NCBI GenBank assembly: GCA_030704615.1
Contig: CM060733.1
Span: 64,170,001 to 64,234,000 of the forward strand
Length of the DNA stretch: 64,000 nt
Direction: 5' to 3'
Origin: Takakia lepidozioides
Lineage: Eukaryota > Plantae > Bryophyta
Position numbers and translations under genes: made by a program. Positions 1 to 12,130 of the stretch are shown here, piece by piece (the first letter of the stretch is position 1; each line of letters starts with the position of its first letter). Below the pieces are notes generated by a model, which ran no database searches, was not told the DNA's origin, and saw nothing but the letters and a program-made list of their open reading frames with translations.

Positions 1-1041
1 TGACTTATCTTTTGCTACTGCTAATGGAGCACTTTGGCCTGGCAGCCTTGTCTCTTGCAGCACTGCATGTGAATCCTACCTTGTCTTGAGTCTTTGACAG
101 CTTTGCCTGTGGATTTTTAGACTTGTTCTTTTTGGCCTTATAAGAGGATTGATGGTATAAGGGACAAGTCATAAATGGTTGTTTTGCTATAAGGATGAGG
201 AGACTGAGTTTTGTTAAAGAAGATAGCCTGATAAGGCAGTGACAAGCCGTTTTTAGACCTGGTTTTTTGTGGAATGGAGCATAGTGAGGTTCTATTTGCA
301 AAACATGGCATTAGCCTCCTGTGATACAATGATGGTAAGCTCTAAAGGACTCTGGCCAATGATTATTTACTCTATTTTGCCATTTGAATAGGCATCTGCA
401 TTGTATGATTTATCTTGGCCAAGTGGGCTTGGTCTTGGACACTCAAAGTGTATGTGTGTCCAGATCTGGATGTTGTGACAGGACAGACCTTTCTTCCATG
501 CAAGAGTCCTATGTGCATAGGTCCTGAATATATACAATGACAGACTGTTCTTACATACCCAGAAGGCTTTGCAAGATGCATGCTTTGGGGTGCTTACATT
601 TGACCAAATGTGAAGCTGTAATATGGCTTACCTTGCCCAAGAAGTGTACTTGGTGGCAGGCCAGAAGTGTACTTAATTGCAGGCTGGTCCTTCCTGCTGC
701 CGGTGTGAACACTCACTAAATGTGTTGCAAGGCAGATTGTTCTTACCTACTTTGCATAATGCTTGTCTTGGATCACCTCAAGGTACTTGTGTGTGCATAT
801 CTTGGATCTGTAATGTGGCAAGATACTCTTATATGCCCATGATATATTGCATGGTGCATATCTTATGGATAACTATGGATGATGTAATCTGAGGCTGCAA
901 TCTGACTTATATTGTGCATAAGGGTCACTTGGGTACATGACAGGAATCTGATTATGAACATACCCCACCCTCCCACCCTGTTTTATCATGACTGAATGGG
1001 TGGCGTCACTTGGTGTGTTATGACAAGACTGGAAATGGCAA

Positions 1042-1285
1042 ATGGTGCCCTGTCATGGGGCTGTTCCCTAGTTGGTCTTGTCCATGTCTTGACATGACAT
1101 GAATATCTTCCCACTCTTTCCCTCTCTCTTATTAACTTTTTCTACCCCCTCTTTCCCTCTGTGGTTTTTTTTTTTTTGTGAGCAACACGAAAGAGAGGGA
1201 AGATATACATGTCATGTCAAGACATGGACAAGACCGCTAAGGTCATTGTCATTGAAAGACAAAACAGCCCTTTACAGGGCACCAT
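1042..1285. mobile_element. Foldback/MITE-like inverted-repeat element
   Basis: ATGGTGCCCTGT (1042) pairs with ACAGGGCACCAT (1274-1285). Inner perfect 27-bp arms GGTCTTGTCCATGTCTTGACATGACAT / ATGTCATGTCAAGACATGGACAAGACC flank a pyrimidine-rich loop. No coding capacity. Confidence 0.6.
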
Positions 1286-2536
1286 CTAACATTCTCTTTC
1301 ATGTTTACAATCTCATTTGAATACCCAATTACATTTCAGGGTCTCTGAAAAAACAGGGCGGGAGGGTGGGATTCCAGGTCATTCATATCATGAAAGCACC
1401 ATAGTACACATCATCATCTCAAGAATCCATTTTAAACTCATTTCAAAAACCAGATTGCAGGTTTGGTTTGAAGATGATGTTTTAGAACCAAGATATAAGC
1501 AAGATTCTTAAAAAGGAAGAAGAAACAACAGGGTAGAGCCCCTTAAGTAGGTATAGGCCTAGAATGGTATTTTAAGGCCTCATAAAATAGTTCTGCCAAG
1601 GTGAGAGAGCAGCTCAGAAACCCTGTTTGTTATCAAGCTATGAAACCAAAATGATATGAGGGCCTTGAAGAATGTGTGTTATCTATCAAAGCCTATCCTT
1701 TTGATCCATCAGAGTCATACCAAGAGTTCTCATTTCAGAGCCAAGTATCAAGGCAGTCAAAGTAATAACTGCTATTTTGTATCCTTGTATCCTTCATAGC
1801 TAAACTCCTACACATGCAAATGTGGTTGTAAAAACCATAAACAGGGGTAAGGAGAGAAGCAGATCCTCATTGGAGCCATCTTGGAGTAGGTCTGAAGCGG
1901 CATGGTGGTAGTTTGAAACAGCAGATGGCATCAGCAGCTTAGGCAGCAGCAGCCCACACTTGCAAGAACAGAACTGCAAGCTTCAGAAATCAAGACAAGT
2001 GAAGACCCTCACCTGTGCCCGTCCCAAAAACCACCACATAGCGATGTGTGTTGTGAGGATGCAGCAGGTAAATGGCAGGTCTTCACAGTTGCTATCCATG
2101 TCAGTGTTGAATTCTAAAGCAAGTACAGATCACAATTCAAGCAATGGTAAACTCAAAAAACCTTGAGTGTTTGTGGTATGCCCTGCGCCATGGCGTCCAA
2201 CAGATCGTCTCCAACAGAACGCAAGAGTAGAAGCGTTCACAGATAGAGAATGGCTCATACACAAAGAGAGAGCAACATGTAATCTGTAGATAAATAGGAT
2301 AGAGTACTTCCCAACAAGGAGTAAAAGTGCCGCTGCAAAATAAAGAACCATGAGTTCCTGATCAGAGCAATCACGGCTTTGTCGTCTGCCATAGAAGAAT
2401 CTGTTTAACCACCAATGCGCATCCCAAGAGCCAGCAATCGCGAGTACCATGTAGCAGCAGGGGAGCAGGTTTATACGGCGCATCATCAAGGTTCACTGAA
2501 GCACGAGTTCAGTGTTGTGAAGTGTGTCGGCCTGCT

Positions 2537-3020
2537 TAGGGCAAAACTTCCCGATTTTTCATCCCGGATGAAATATCACATTTTACCAAGAGAGGCATTT
2601 TGTCACTGGATGACATCCATAGAAATGTATCTTTTAGGGTTATGGTATAGGCTTAGGTTTAATAACTGCCATCATTTATGATGGTAGTTTTATTATTCTC
2701 TTGGATTTTATAATAGGTAACCATTATTTATGTAGATCATCCAGTTTAGATGAAAAAAATAGATGGTAACTCTAGCTTTCTGTATATTAAGTTTCATCAT
2801 CCAATAATAAAATAAAATCATCCAGATTTGGATGAAAAAGGTAGGGATGAAAAACTAAATAACCTCAAAAGGTTAAGGCCAGATGAAATCCAAAGAGTTA
2901 TAGAGGGAGAGGGAGAGAGGGAGAGATCAGGAAACCAAAAATAAATAAAAATGGGGGGGGAGTGACTGAGCCCGTGGTGCTCAGCAGCTGCTGCTGGTGC
3001 TCAGTCACTCCCCCCCCCCC
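2537..3020. repeat. Probable DNA-transposon end with CATCC/GGATG subterminal repeats and a GC-rich hairpin
   Basis: Starts TAGGG and has many TCATCC/GGATGA motifs. Stem GGGGGGGAGTGACTGAGC...GCTCAGTCACTCCCCCCC at ~2953-3018. A similar start (TAGGG...CCGATT.TTCATCC.GGATG) occurs at 20169. Confidence 0.4.
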
Positions 3021-3138
3021 CACCTTTTTCTTTTCTCTTTGTTGCCCCCTCTCGAGACCCCGAGCACTTGCTGCTCAGCCCCCGACATGCTTGGTTTTTT
3101 TTGTTTTTGATCTGGAATGTTCCTAATGAGGCCAACTT

Positions 3139-5363
3139 GTGGGTTTGCATGACAGGTGCCAGCTTATGGGGAAAGAGAAGAAGTCCCTTGCCCCAAAGAA
3201 AGGGGCGGACAATCCGTTTGCTCTGCCGGCACGTGTGACGCGCCAGGGCGTCTCACGGCTAACCAGCCCGTCGACAGCCACAGCCGGAGGGCTCGTCTGC
3301 CCCCCGAGGCCAGTACCCCCCTCTTGTCCACATCTTGGATGCGCCAGGGGCCGGCTCAGCCAGCTCTCCTATTCGGGAGGTTGTTGCTGAGTCGGATGCT
3401 CAGTTGAGCACACCCCCGGCCACCAAGACGGGTGAAATGTACCTTGGCAAGCACATCACCCGTTCGGGGCCCGTATGGGCACCTTTTGGATGTCACCCCC
3501 ATAGCGACCCCTTCCTCCGCAGCAAAGGCTGCACTTGCCAAGGCCCAACGTCAGGTTCAAGGGCCTTTGAAAGCCTCCATTGCCAGCCCATTGTTGTCGA
3601 TGAGGGAGGAGGAGACGAGGAGGGCCAATGAAGTGGCCAAGATAGCGAAGCGCCTCGAAGAAGTCAAGCCGGGTGAGGGCTTCTACCCTGATACGCATTT
3701 GGGGGGGGAGAGGAGGAGGTATGGGCCGGTTTGGAGCAGCCTAGCCGATCAGCGACACCGCCCCCTGAGCCTGAGCGGTCAACAAAGAAGGGCTTGGACT
3801 ACGGGGCGCCGCCGCCGGCTATGCTCCACATCTGGAATCTACTTCCAGTGGCGCTCCGGGGGGGGGGGGGGGGATAGAGCGGGCACATCCGAAAACGGGG
3901 ACTCCTCCCACAACGGGTGACACCAGGGGCGAGTTGGACAAGCTTGCAAAGGTACAACTGTCGCACCTTGTTCCATGATTTATCCTTTCTTTGCATGCAT
4001 GATTTTCTTTGTTGTTTGTTTCTTTTTTTGAATTTGGAGGGGTTATTTGTCTTCAGGAGGCAGCAACATGGCTGGCCTCATTGGTGCAGTCCAGTGGGGT
4101 TGCCAATGAGGGAGAGCACGTGGTGTTCATGAAGGACCCGAACACCAAAGGTAAGAAGAAGAGGCCTCGATCTCCCGAGATCCCTTTTACCATCAATGAA
4201 GGGGCTGTCGAGGAGAGAGAGAGAAGGGAGAGGGAGAAGGAGAGAGAGGAAGTAGCGGGGAAGGGGAAGGAAAAAGAAGAAAAGAAAAAGAAGTCCCATG
4301 GAGAGGAAGGGGTGAGTGTGCATGCGGGGAGGGCAGTGGGGTAACAAAGGAGCAGGGAAGGAGGCTACAAAGAAGGAGAGGGTGGGATGGCCTTGGCGAT
4401 ACAGGACGTGGAGTTGGCAAAGATCGTGGTGCCACCGGTGGAGGTGAATCCATGGTGACCCCTGCGGTGCGTTCTGGGAGGCTATGAAGAAGCCAGCCTT
4501 CGAACTCGCATTGAGGTGGTTCCCTTTGCACATCGAGTGGGCTGATCAGCACTTTGGCGTGAAGCGGGCGTATGCGTGAGTTAGACCGCCGTTTTCCGGG
4601 CAATTGGAGTGACACAAGGGTGATGGAGATGGTGGGGCGAAACTTGAAGGACAGGAGGTACCGTGCCAGACAGATCATTCGGAGGGCAATGGAAAAGGGG
4701 GCCATACCCAAACCACCTTATGGAATTACACAGGTTGGCAAATCCTGAATCATGTCACCTTCCATTTGTCGCATGTGCATTAATGAGGTGGATTCGATGC
4801 AACGTATGTGTGTAATTCACTAATTGTTGGGGGGGGGGGGGGCATAGGTATCGTGGGATGCACTCATTGCGGAGAGACTGATGCCGCAAACAAGGCCAAA
4901 TTTGACCGGGCACGCGAAGCAACAAGTCCGCCTTGACAAGCACGAATCCACACACAAGTGGGGGCCGGCGGATCCAAGGGTTTATCTTGCGATTTGTAAG
5001 TCGTACTTCCCTATGGATTTTGTTATGTCTTCTTTCTGGCTCCATCATCGCGAAGAACTGACTTTAATTGTGGCATGTGTAGCAACGCGCGTTTGAGAGG
5101 AAGCCATCTCCGGTAGAGTACAACTACGCCAAGGAGCATGGTTGGCAATCCCTCATGAAGAACATGGCCAACACAGAGGGGATGAGTGCACTACAGGGCA
5201 CTAGTATGGATGAGGTCGAGGGTCATGCCAGGGATTGGATGAGAGCTCTGTGGACTTAGGGGAGCCGCCTCATTTACGTGCTCTGGCAAAGGGCGCGGAG
5301 TCATCAGGCTCATCGGATAGCTCTGAGTCCTCCACTGAGGATGAGGATGAGGATGAGGATGAC
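3139..5363 (+). pseudogene. Transposon-associated Ptta/En-Spm (CACTA ORF2-like) pseudogene, multi-exon
   Basis: Broken frames encode RELDRRFPGNWSDTRVMEMVGRNLKDRRYRARQ...PKPPYG and an acidic tail. Same architecture as 53343-54090. Frameshifts and GT-AG introns present. Confidence 0.45.
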
Positions 5364-5639
5364 TAGTCCTAGTCCATGTAGGTCCCAGGGTCAGTCTACT
5401 GAACCCTTGTGAGCTTTTCAGCTCATTTCTTGTAAATATATTTCCATCTTTCCATCTTCCATCTATTTATGTGTCGCACCGTCCTCACCCTCGATTTTCA
5501 TGCTTGCTCAATTGTGTACCTGCTAACTCAGAGAAATGGAACTGTAAGTTCTCCCATCCCCAAATACAAAACCAGGAAAAAAACAAAAAACCACCCCCAA
5601 TTCACCCCCAAAATGAACCCCTAGCCCCCCCCCACCAGG

Positions 5640-6280
5640 CTGACCTCGCGACTACATCACGTCGCCAATGGCGACGTCTTTTTTGGGTGGGGTCGCAAGC
5701 AGCGACGGTCAGGAGTCGCAAACCCCATTTGCGGGCGGCAACGCCCGACACCCCCTGCGACGTGTTTTTAGTCCGGGGGTCGCCCACGACGCCCTGGCGT
5801 CGCGGAGACCGCCACCCTGCCTGCGCCACGTTTATTATTATTATTATTAAATATTTTTAAAAAAAACGATGCCGAAGCGTCGCAAAACCCACGCCCGGGC
5901 GTGGCGGAGACCGACTCCCGCTGTTTTGTGCCACGCAGTGACGCACGGGCGTCGCTTGGCGTACCATCCAGCTGACTCCCGGGCAGGTTAGAAAAAAAAA
6001 AAAGGATGCGACGCCGCGCCGGCACCCCACCAACGCCGTCGACTGGAGGGCAGCGACGGCGAGACGTCGCTCGAAGAGGCTCCTGCCATCGGCGCGGACG
6101 GCCTGAAAAACCGACGTCCGGCAGTTACGGGAGTTGGAGTTGGGGTGGGGGCTCGCGACCCCCATACGTCGCATTTTTGCGACGGCCGGGCGTCGCAAAT
6201 TCTGCGCCTCCCGCGTGCCCGAAAAGGGCGTTTTTCTGACGCTGCGGCGTTGCCTCGGCGTGGCACGGGCGTCGCAAAGG
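5640..6280. repeat. GC/CpG-rich array of GCGACG/CGTCGC motifs (transposon subterminal-like)
   Basis: Many GCGAC/GTCGC motifs in both orientations, with A/T-tract spacers. Confidence 0.55.
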
Positions 6281-6720
6281 CAAAATTTGATCTAATATGT
6301 TATGTTGTAATTGCAATTACAAGCCGCCCTTACAGATTGCAAAGCGTCCCGCTGAGGCCATCATGGGGATTCCAAGGTCTTCCATGGATACCGGGAGGGA
6401 GGATGCTGGTGAGGGCTGCTGCTCAATTTCTACGGTACGGAACTATTTTGATAATTCTGCAGAAGAGGGATTGGAAAGTGAGGATCCAACGACCAAGGAA
6501 GGCTCCGACGAAGAGTATGTTGACGAGATCGTTGGTGAGGAGAGGACTCCTAGCCCAAAGATCAGTTTAAGACTTAGTCGCAAGCGCAGTGGCAAGCAAG
6601 CATCCTAAGCAAGCGCGGTATCCGTGTGGAACGTCCGGTTCAAAACAGACGGCGGAGGACATTTAATGTGCAACTGCGCCCTTAAATGTAGGTATGGAGG
6701 TCGCCCACAGGCGCCACCTG

Positions 6721-7444
6721 TGTCGCGCACCTCACTTCGGTAAGCTCCCCTTCAAGTCATAGTTACTCGCTTTGATGCGCGCGCCTGACTCCCAACCTGG
6801 CCGCCGGGCCAACTTGGAGCTTCGGTGCTCACCGGGCATAACGGTCCCCCTTTGTTCTCCCAAAGAACCCTCCACCGCTTTGGAACCAGCGGGAATTCCC
6901 TTTGGTAGTTGGCAGTCCGGAACAACTCCCCACTCTTTGGTCGCTTTCCGGCTCGCTCGCTTACTCACTAGTTTTTGGTCACCAACGGGCTTGCACCGTT
7001 CGGGGTTACTACTCCCTATATATACTTCTGTAGCTGTCCGCGGGGTTTCACAACACCAGCCATGCCATTTTATGGCGAACCACCACGGAGACCCTCGATT
7101 CCCGGTGGTGAGTCGCGGTGAGTCTTGGCCCACTCACCGCGGCCCCAATGGACCGTGATGAGTCCCAAGACTCCCCACGACTCCCACCACAAGGTCTCCG
7201 CCCCATGGTGAGTCCTATGCCACCCCCACTAAGTCCCGCTAAGCTACCACCACCCCTTGTGGAGCCACCCCCACCGCAAACCCGGTGTGCGGGGCTCCAC
7301 CCAGTGAGTGCCTCCGCCTCCTTGAGTGCCTTGGGCACTCAAGGGTGCTTCAGCCCCCATACCTATCGCTGCCGCTGCCCCCCACCACAGGGGCAGCCCC
7401 TCATGTGTCCCGACCCCCTGCCCTCAAGGCAAAGGGCCGCGACA
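6721..7444 (-). repeat. 3' LTR
   Basis: Diverged direct repeat of 9686-10408 with TG...CA ends. Confidence 0.9.
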
Positions 7445-7849
7445 CACACCCCTACCAACAGGGAGTCGATGTCATCGACTTGTCGTTTTGTAGAAACGAA
7501 CATCCAAGTTGTGGCGTCCCACATCAAGGAGTTTGTTTCCGTACCATGGCGTCCCATGGCAAAGAACCAAACCCCACACTTGACTCTACTCTCCACTAGC
7601 TAGTTCGGCCGACTTCCTCCAAGTCCCGGCCAAGGGTGGAGCCTCTCAAGCTCCTCCCAGTGCACTCTTCTTGGCCTACTTCAAGGCCAAGGAACGATCC
7701 TCCTTGAGGATCGAATCGCCTTACTGCAACAACATTGCTTGCGACTGCTCATGATGCCGCTTTTGGCATCACCTTGAGCAAGGGTTCACCTGGAACCCTC
7801 TTTGACTAGGAAGATAACCTTGAACCAACCGTGCGCCCCAATCACTACA

Positions 7850-9115
7850 ATTGGGTGCGTCCTGGCTCGCCCGGGACAAGATGAGGAACTTGAAGCAAAC
7901 GGATGACATTCAGGGCTTTCAATGTGCTATTGCTCGAAGTCGCGGATATGGCGGAACCAGAAATGGTCTTCAACTTTGTGGCAGGACTGGCCCCATGGGC
8001 CAGACGGAAGTTGGAGGAGAGGCCACCAAAAACTTTGAACGAGGCAATTGAAAGGGCTGAATGCTTATCGGATGTCCCTAGGGGCGAAAGACAGGGCCGT
8101 ACGGAGCTGAACCACCAGAAGGTCCGGCGGGAGGGTGATTCCTTCCGACCGGAAAAGAAGTGGGATAGGCCACGCAACAACAATGACACATGAAAATCGA
8201 AGGGAGGGCCTTCGCACGTCAAGGCGGCACCCGGTGCTCCGAAAGAAAAATCAGGTGCGGCGGCTTGTGGTGGACAGAAGGCGACCTTTGATGGGATGTG
8301 CGTGCGGGGAGCCCGGGCACATGGCCAAGAAATGTCTGGAACCCCGACAATTGAACATGACTCGGGCGACCACGGAGCTGTCCGAAGACTCCATCAGCCG
8401 CTTGGTGGAGGCGGTGGTCGCCAAGACTGGCAAGGTAGGCAATTATTCTTGTGAGTTATACTAGGAGACGGGAGCTTTGCGTAAAGGAAGTCAGCTAATG
8501 TTCGTGTGCAGGGTAATTTCCGGAACTAACGTGTCGTTGTTGGTGGATACAGGAGCGTCGCATTCCTTCATGACACCGGCAACGGCACGGAAGCTGGGCC
8601 TCCCGACAAGTGATGTGGGGGCTTTTATTGAAGTACGTTCTGCCAAAGAAGAAACACAACTGGCGACGAGCGTGGCGTTCGATGTTCCTCTTCAACTGGG
8701 GAGTTGGGAGGGACGTGAGAACTTCACCATTTTGCGTGATTGATGGAGTGGACCTTATTTTGGGGATGTTCTTTTTGAGCAAATCCGGAGCGGTCATAGA
8801 TGGCCGCAAGAGAGTAGTCACGCTACCGTGTGGGAAAACGCCTAACCGAGTGGGAGGGCAAATAAACCTGCTAATAGCAAAGGAGTGGGCCGTGGAGGAG
8901 CCATACGAGCCCCAGTTTTTACTTTACGTGAGACAAGTGGAAGGAGAAGTCGATAGGGAGCCGAGCCCAGATTGGATCAAGGGGATCCTGGAGAAATACC
9001 AGGATGTGATGCTGGAGGATTTACCAAGCGGCTTGCCACTGCGAATCTTAGGAGTTGACCACAAGATAGAGGTGGTGCCGAGATCGGAGCCGCCTGCCAA
9101 GGCGCCCTACCGACT
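7850..9115 (+). pseudogene. gag C-terminus, CCHC knuckle, aspartic protease and RT lead-in (inverted segment)
   Basis: ARDKMRNLKQT; FVAGLAPW; CACGEPGHMAKKC; LVDTGASHSF; DLILGM; DHKIEVVP...PPAKAPYRL. Frameshifted. Confidence 0.85.
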
Positions 9116-9119
9116 CCAG

Positions 9120-9630
9120 CTCAAGGTTTCTAGGTTTGGCCCTTGGTCATGAAGGCGCTTCTGCCACCATTGTTGAGCATAGCCCCTCAAATAGGTGGGA
9201 GCCACTTCCACCCGATCATTGTCACTCAACTTGGCCGCCCGGAAGTACTGCTCCAGCTCCAAGAGCCAGGTGTTGAGTGTCTTTCGATTTTGGACGAAGG
9301 TGTCGGGTTCCTTAGGCTTCACCTTAAACTTTGCCTTAGTGGAAGGGGCATTAGCCGCCTCATCACGTCTTTTAGCGTCCCGCCAAACTGCGCCAACAAC
9401 CCTTCCCAAAAGGCTGCTGGCATGGGAGACATCTATTGGTCTGGCAGAGCTTTTGGGAAGTCCTCGAGCTCTGACTCCCAAATTCCTCCCGCTCTTGAGC
9501 GGCCTCGCTTTCGGAAGCATAAATCGTCTCTTCCATTTGCCGCTTCGGTTGACACGTCGCCCCCACCGGGCTCACTAGGATCATCGTCTTTCAGGCCATT
9601 CCACTTTCGCTTTGTCTTGCCCGACCCCAT
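9120..9630 (-). pseudogene. gag: gag N-terminal part
   Basis: PKEPDTF...WLLELEQYFRAAKLSDNDRVEVAPTYLRGYAQQWWQ is a typical Ty3/gypsy gag signature. Confidence 0.85.
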
Positions 9631-9685
9631 GGTGAGGCCGATCTCAAGGACGATCGCGTACTGAACTCTAAGCTTTGATACTAAG

Positions 9686-10408
9686 TATCGCGCACATCAC
9701 TTCGGTAAACTCCCCTTCAAGTCATAGTTAATCGCTTTGATGCGCGCGCCTAACTCCCAAACCGGCCGTCGGGCCAACTCGGAGCTTCGGCTGCTCACCA
9801 AGGCATAACGGTCCCCCTTGCGTCTCCAAAAGACCCTCCACCACTTTGGGCCTAGTGAAAATTCCCTTTGGTAGATGGCAGTCCGGAATAGCTCCCCACA
9901 CCTTGGTTGCTTTCCGGCTCGCACGCTTACTCACTAGCTTTTGGTCACCAACGGGTTTGCATCGTTCTCGGGGTTATTACTCCCTATATATACTTCTGTA
10001 GGTGTCCGCGGGGGTTTCACAAACAACACAGTCTTTTTATGGTGAACCACCACGAAGACCCTCAACCTTCTGTGGTGAGTCGCGGTGAGTCTTGGCCCAC
10101 CCACCACAGCCCCAATGGACCGCGGTGAGTCCCAAGACTCCCCACGACTCCCACCACAAGGCCTCAGCCTCGTGGTGAGTCCTATGTCACCCCCACTACG
10201 ACTCCCTAAGCTATCACCACCCCTCGAGGAGCCCCCACCACCGCAACCCAGTTTGCGGGGCTCCACCTAGTGAGCGCCTCCGCCCTTGAGTGCCTTCGGG
10301 ACTCAAGGGTGCTTCAACCCCCTTTCTTATTTGCTGCCGCTGCCCCCACCACAGGGGCAGCCCCTCTTGTATCCTGACCCCCCGCCCTCAAGGCAAAGGG
10401 CCGCGACA
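9686..10408 (-). repeat. 5' LTR
   Basis: Direct repeat of 6721-7444, adjacent to the PBS. Confidence 0.9.
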
Positions 10409-10760
10409 GGTGCGGAGCAAGAGTGCAAGATTGAGTCAGCCAAAACCCTACAGTGGCGGGTCACCCAGATTGTGGATGTGCCCCCTCCTGGCTATGGGCG
10501 GGTGTATACTATGGTGACATCGGGATCTATTGTTCATGACAGGATGTACGAGGTAACTATTTCCAATTTTCCACTTGCCCAGACTTCAATAACACAATCT
10601 CGAGTTCTCTAGGAAAAAGAGGCAAATTTGTGCCGTGTAAACATTTGTACTACATGTACATTCAGAGGATGTTTTGTGATCCTAAACTAGACACATACGA
10701 TAGGACCCGGTGATGTTTTGACACTACTTGAGCGAGATATACTGCACGAGTTTGAGATGT
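10409..10760 (+). pseudogene. SWIM zinc-finger C-terminus of a MULE-like transposase (target of the gypsy insertion; left part probably ~6300-6720)
   Basis: VPPPGYGRVY...YEVTISNFP...CKHLYY. Homologous to VPPPGFGRVY...YTITISELPTCNC at ~34990-35100. Confidence 0.7.
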
Positions 10761-11557
10761 AATGTGGATTGAGATTGCAAAGCCTGTGATGTTTTTATGT
10801 CATGTCGTGGTAGACAATTTCGCGATGTGTATCTGGTTGATGGCCACACTTTCTTGAATGAGATCAATCTTGTTTTGCAATGTAAATTGTTTCCCACTCT
10901 ACAATTGAACTCAATGATTTTTCTCCAACCATCTCCTAACCCACCTCATGACTGATTAATACTTGGGTAAACTTGGAGGTGGGAGCGTGCTTAAACCCTA
11001 ATCTTTCTTGAATGACATCAATCTTGTTCTGCAATCAGTACTGTTTTCCAACGATGTTTCTTATTTCAACCATTTAATGGCAACCCTTTCTTGAATGAGA
11101 TCAATCTTACATGAACCTTCTGTAATGGCATGGTTGTCCGACAAGTGAGGTGTATCCAACCCAAAATACGTGAGGCAAAATCTATATAACATTGAAGTGA
11201 TGGATGGCCACACTTCATTCAACATCGTTCATTTGGTGTGACGATCAATCCTATTGCCTTCAACCATGGTGAATTCATCCCTCATTTTTCATCCATCATC
11301 CAACCTATATTCATCCTACATTCATCCATAAAAATTTCGTCGCTCATTCCTCTCGACTTTTCATGCATGGAACTAGACAACTTACATCCCACGCATGGTA
11401 TGTTACAATCAACATTGCCCCCACGTTAATAGGCCCTGGTTTTACCACGGTTATAGGCTGCGCTTCCCTTTTGTGCTCACGCTTAGTGACTAAGCGTGAG
11501 CACGCTCATGCGCGAGCTTCCCCCGTGCACCGCTTGGCCACAGTTACCCTATACTAG

Positions 11558-12130
11558 CTGCAAAAGATGCCAAAGGTGGTGCGTCCTCTTCTTTGGACTC
11601 TGAGCAACATGAGGGAGCTGGTGAAGAAAGGGAGGAGACTATTTTCCCAGGAGACTTGAAAAGCAGTTGTGATTCATCAAGCAGCCATGGTTCAAGGCCT
11701 ACCAGAAGCGTTGGAGATTCTCCCGACAGTCAAGGTATAATGTGCACTGAAAATGTTGTAGTTTAATTGCCAAGATAGAATTTGATTCGTAGGTCTTGCG
11801 TAACAAGGATGAGTAACCTGACCATGATTCTATGCCTTTGCAGGACCAATTGCTGCTTCAAGTCCCATCTATTGGCCTCATTTTTCAATCAACCATTCAG
11901 GCCCATCCTCTAGAAATGTTTCTTGTATATGTGAGAGCAGTAATGCAAGCACTCCGTCCTTCGTCGTCCCTGTGTAAGTAGTATATCATCCCTTTATCTC
12001 GAGTCATATGTCTATGAGTTGTAATACTTGGATAGTCTACGGACTTCGCAAATGCTAGTGACGCAGAGACACTTGTCAGCCAGGTGCTAGCTGCGCCAGA
12101 GTTGATGCCCTGCAGTGATGTCCTCCGTTA
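11558..12130 (+). pseudogene. Unidentified low-complexity exon fragments (probably captured)
   Basis: Ser/Gly-rich open stretches bounded by GT donors (~11736, ~11974) and TGCAG/CGCAG acceptors. No recognisable domain. Confidence 0.25.

Larger units (their letters stand above)
6721..10408 (-). mobile_element. Ty3/gypsy LTR retrotransposon, deleted and internally inverted
   Basis: Two ~723-bp LTRs with TGTCGCG...CGCGACA ends. Degenerate Met-tRNA PBS at 9671-9683 (minus TAGTATCAAAGC). Purine-rich PPT-like tract at 7445-7454. gag, zinc knuckle and protease present; most of RT/RH/IN missing. No TSD found. Confidence 0.9.

Noticed and set aside
1-900. LINE 3' remnant on the minus strand
   Set aside because: Only a CPLY motif and CpG depletion support it; too weak to call.
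2537-11551. Single TAGGG...CCCTA element spanning this interval
   Set aside because: The terminal match is only a few bases and no TSD was found.
11473-11557. Helitron 3' end (15-bp perfect hairpin then CTAG)
   Set aside because: The hairpin is ~50 nt from CTAG, the next base is C not T, and no 5' end or Rep/Hel is seen.
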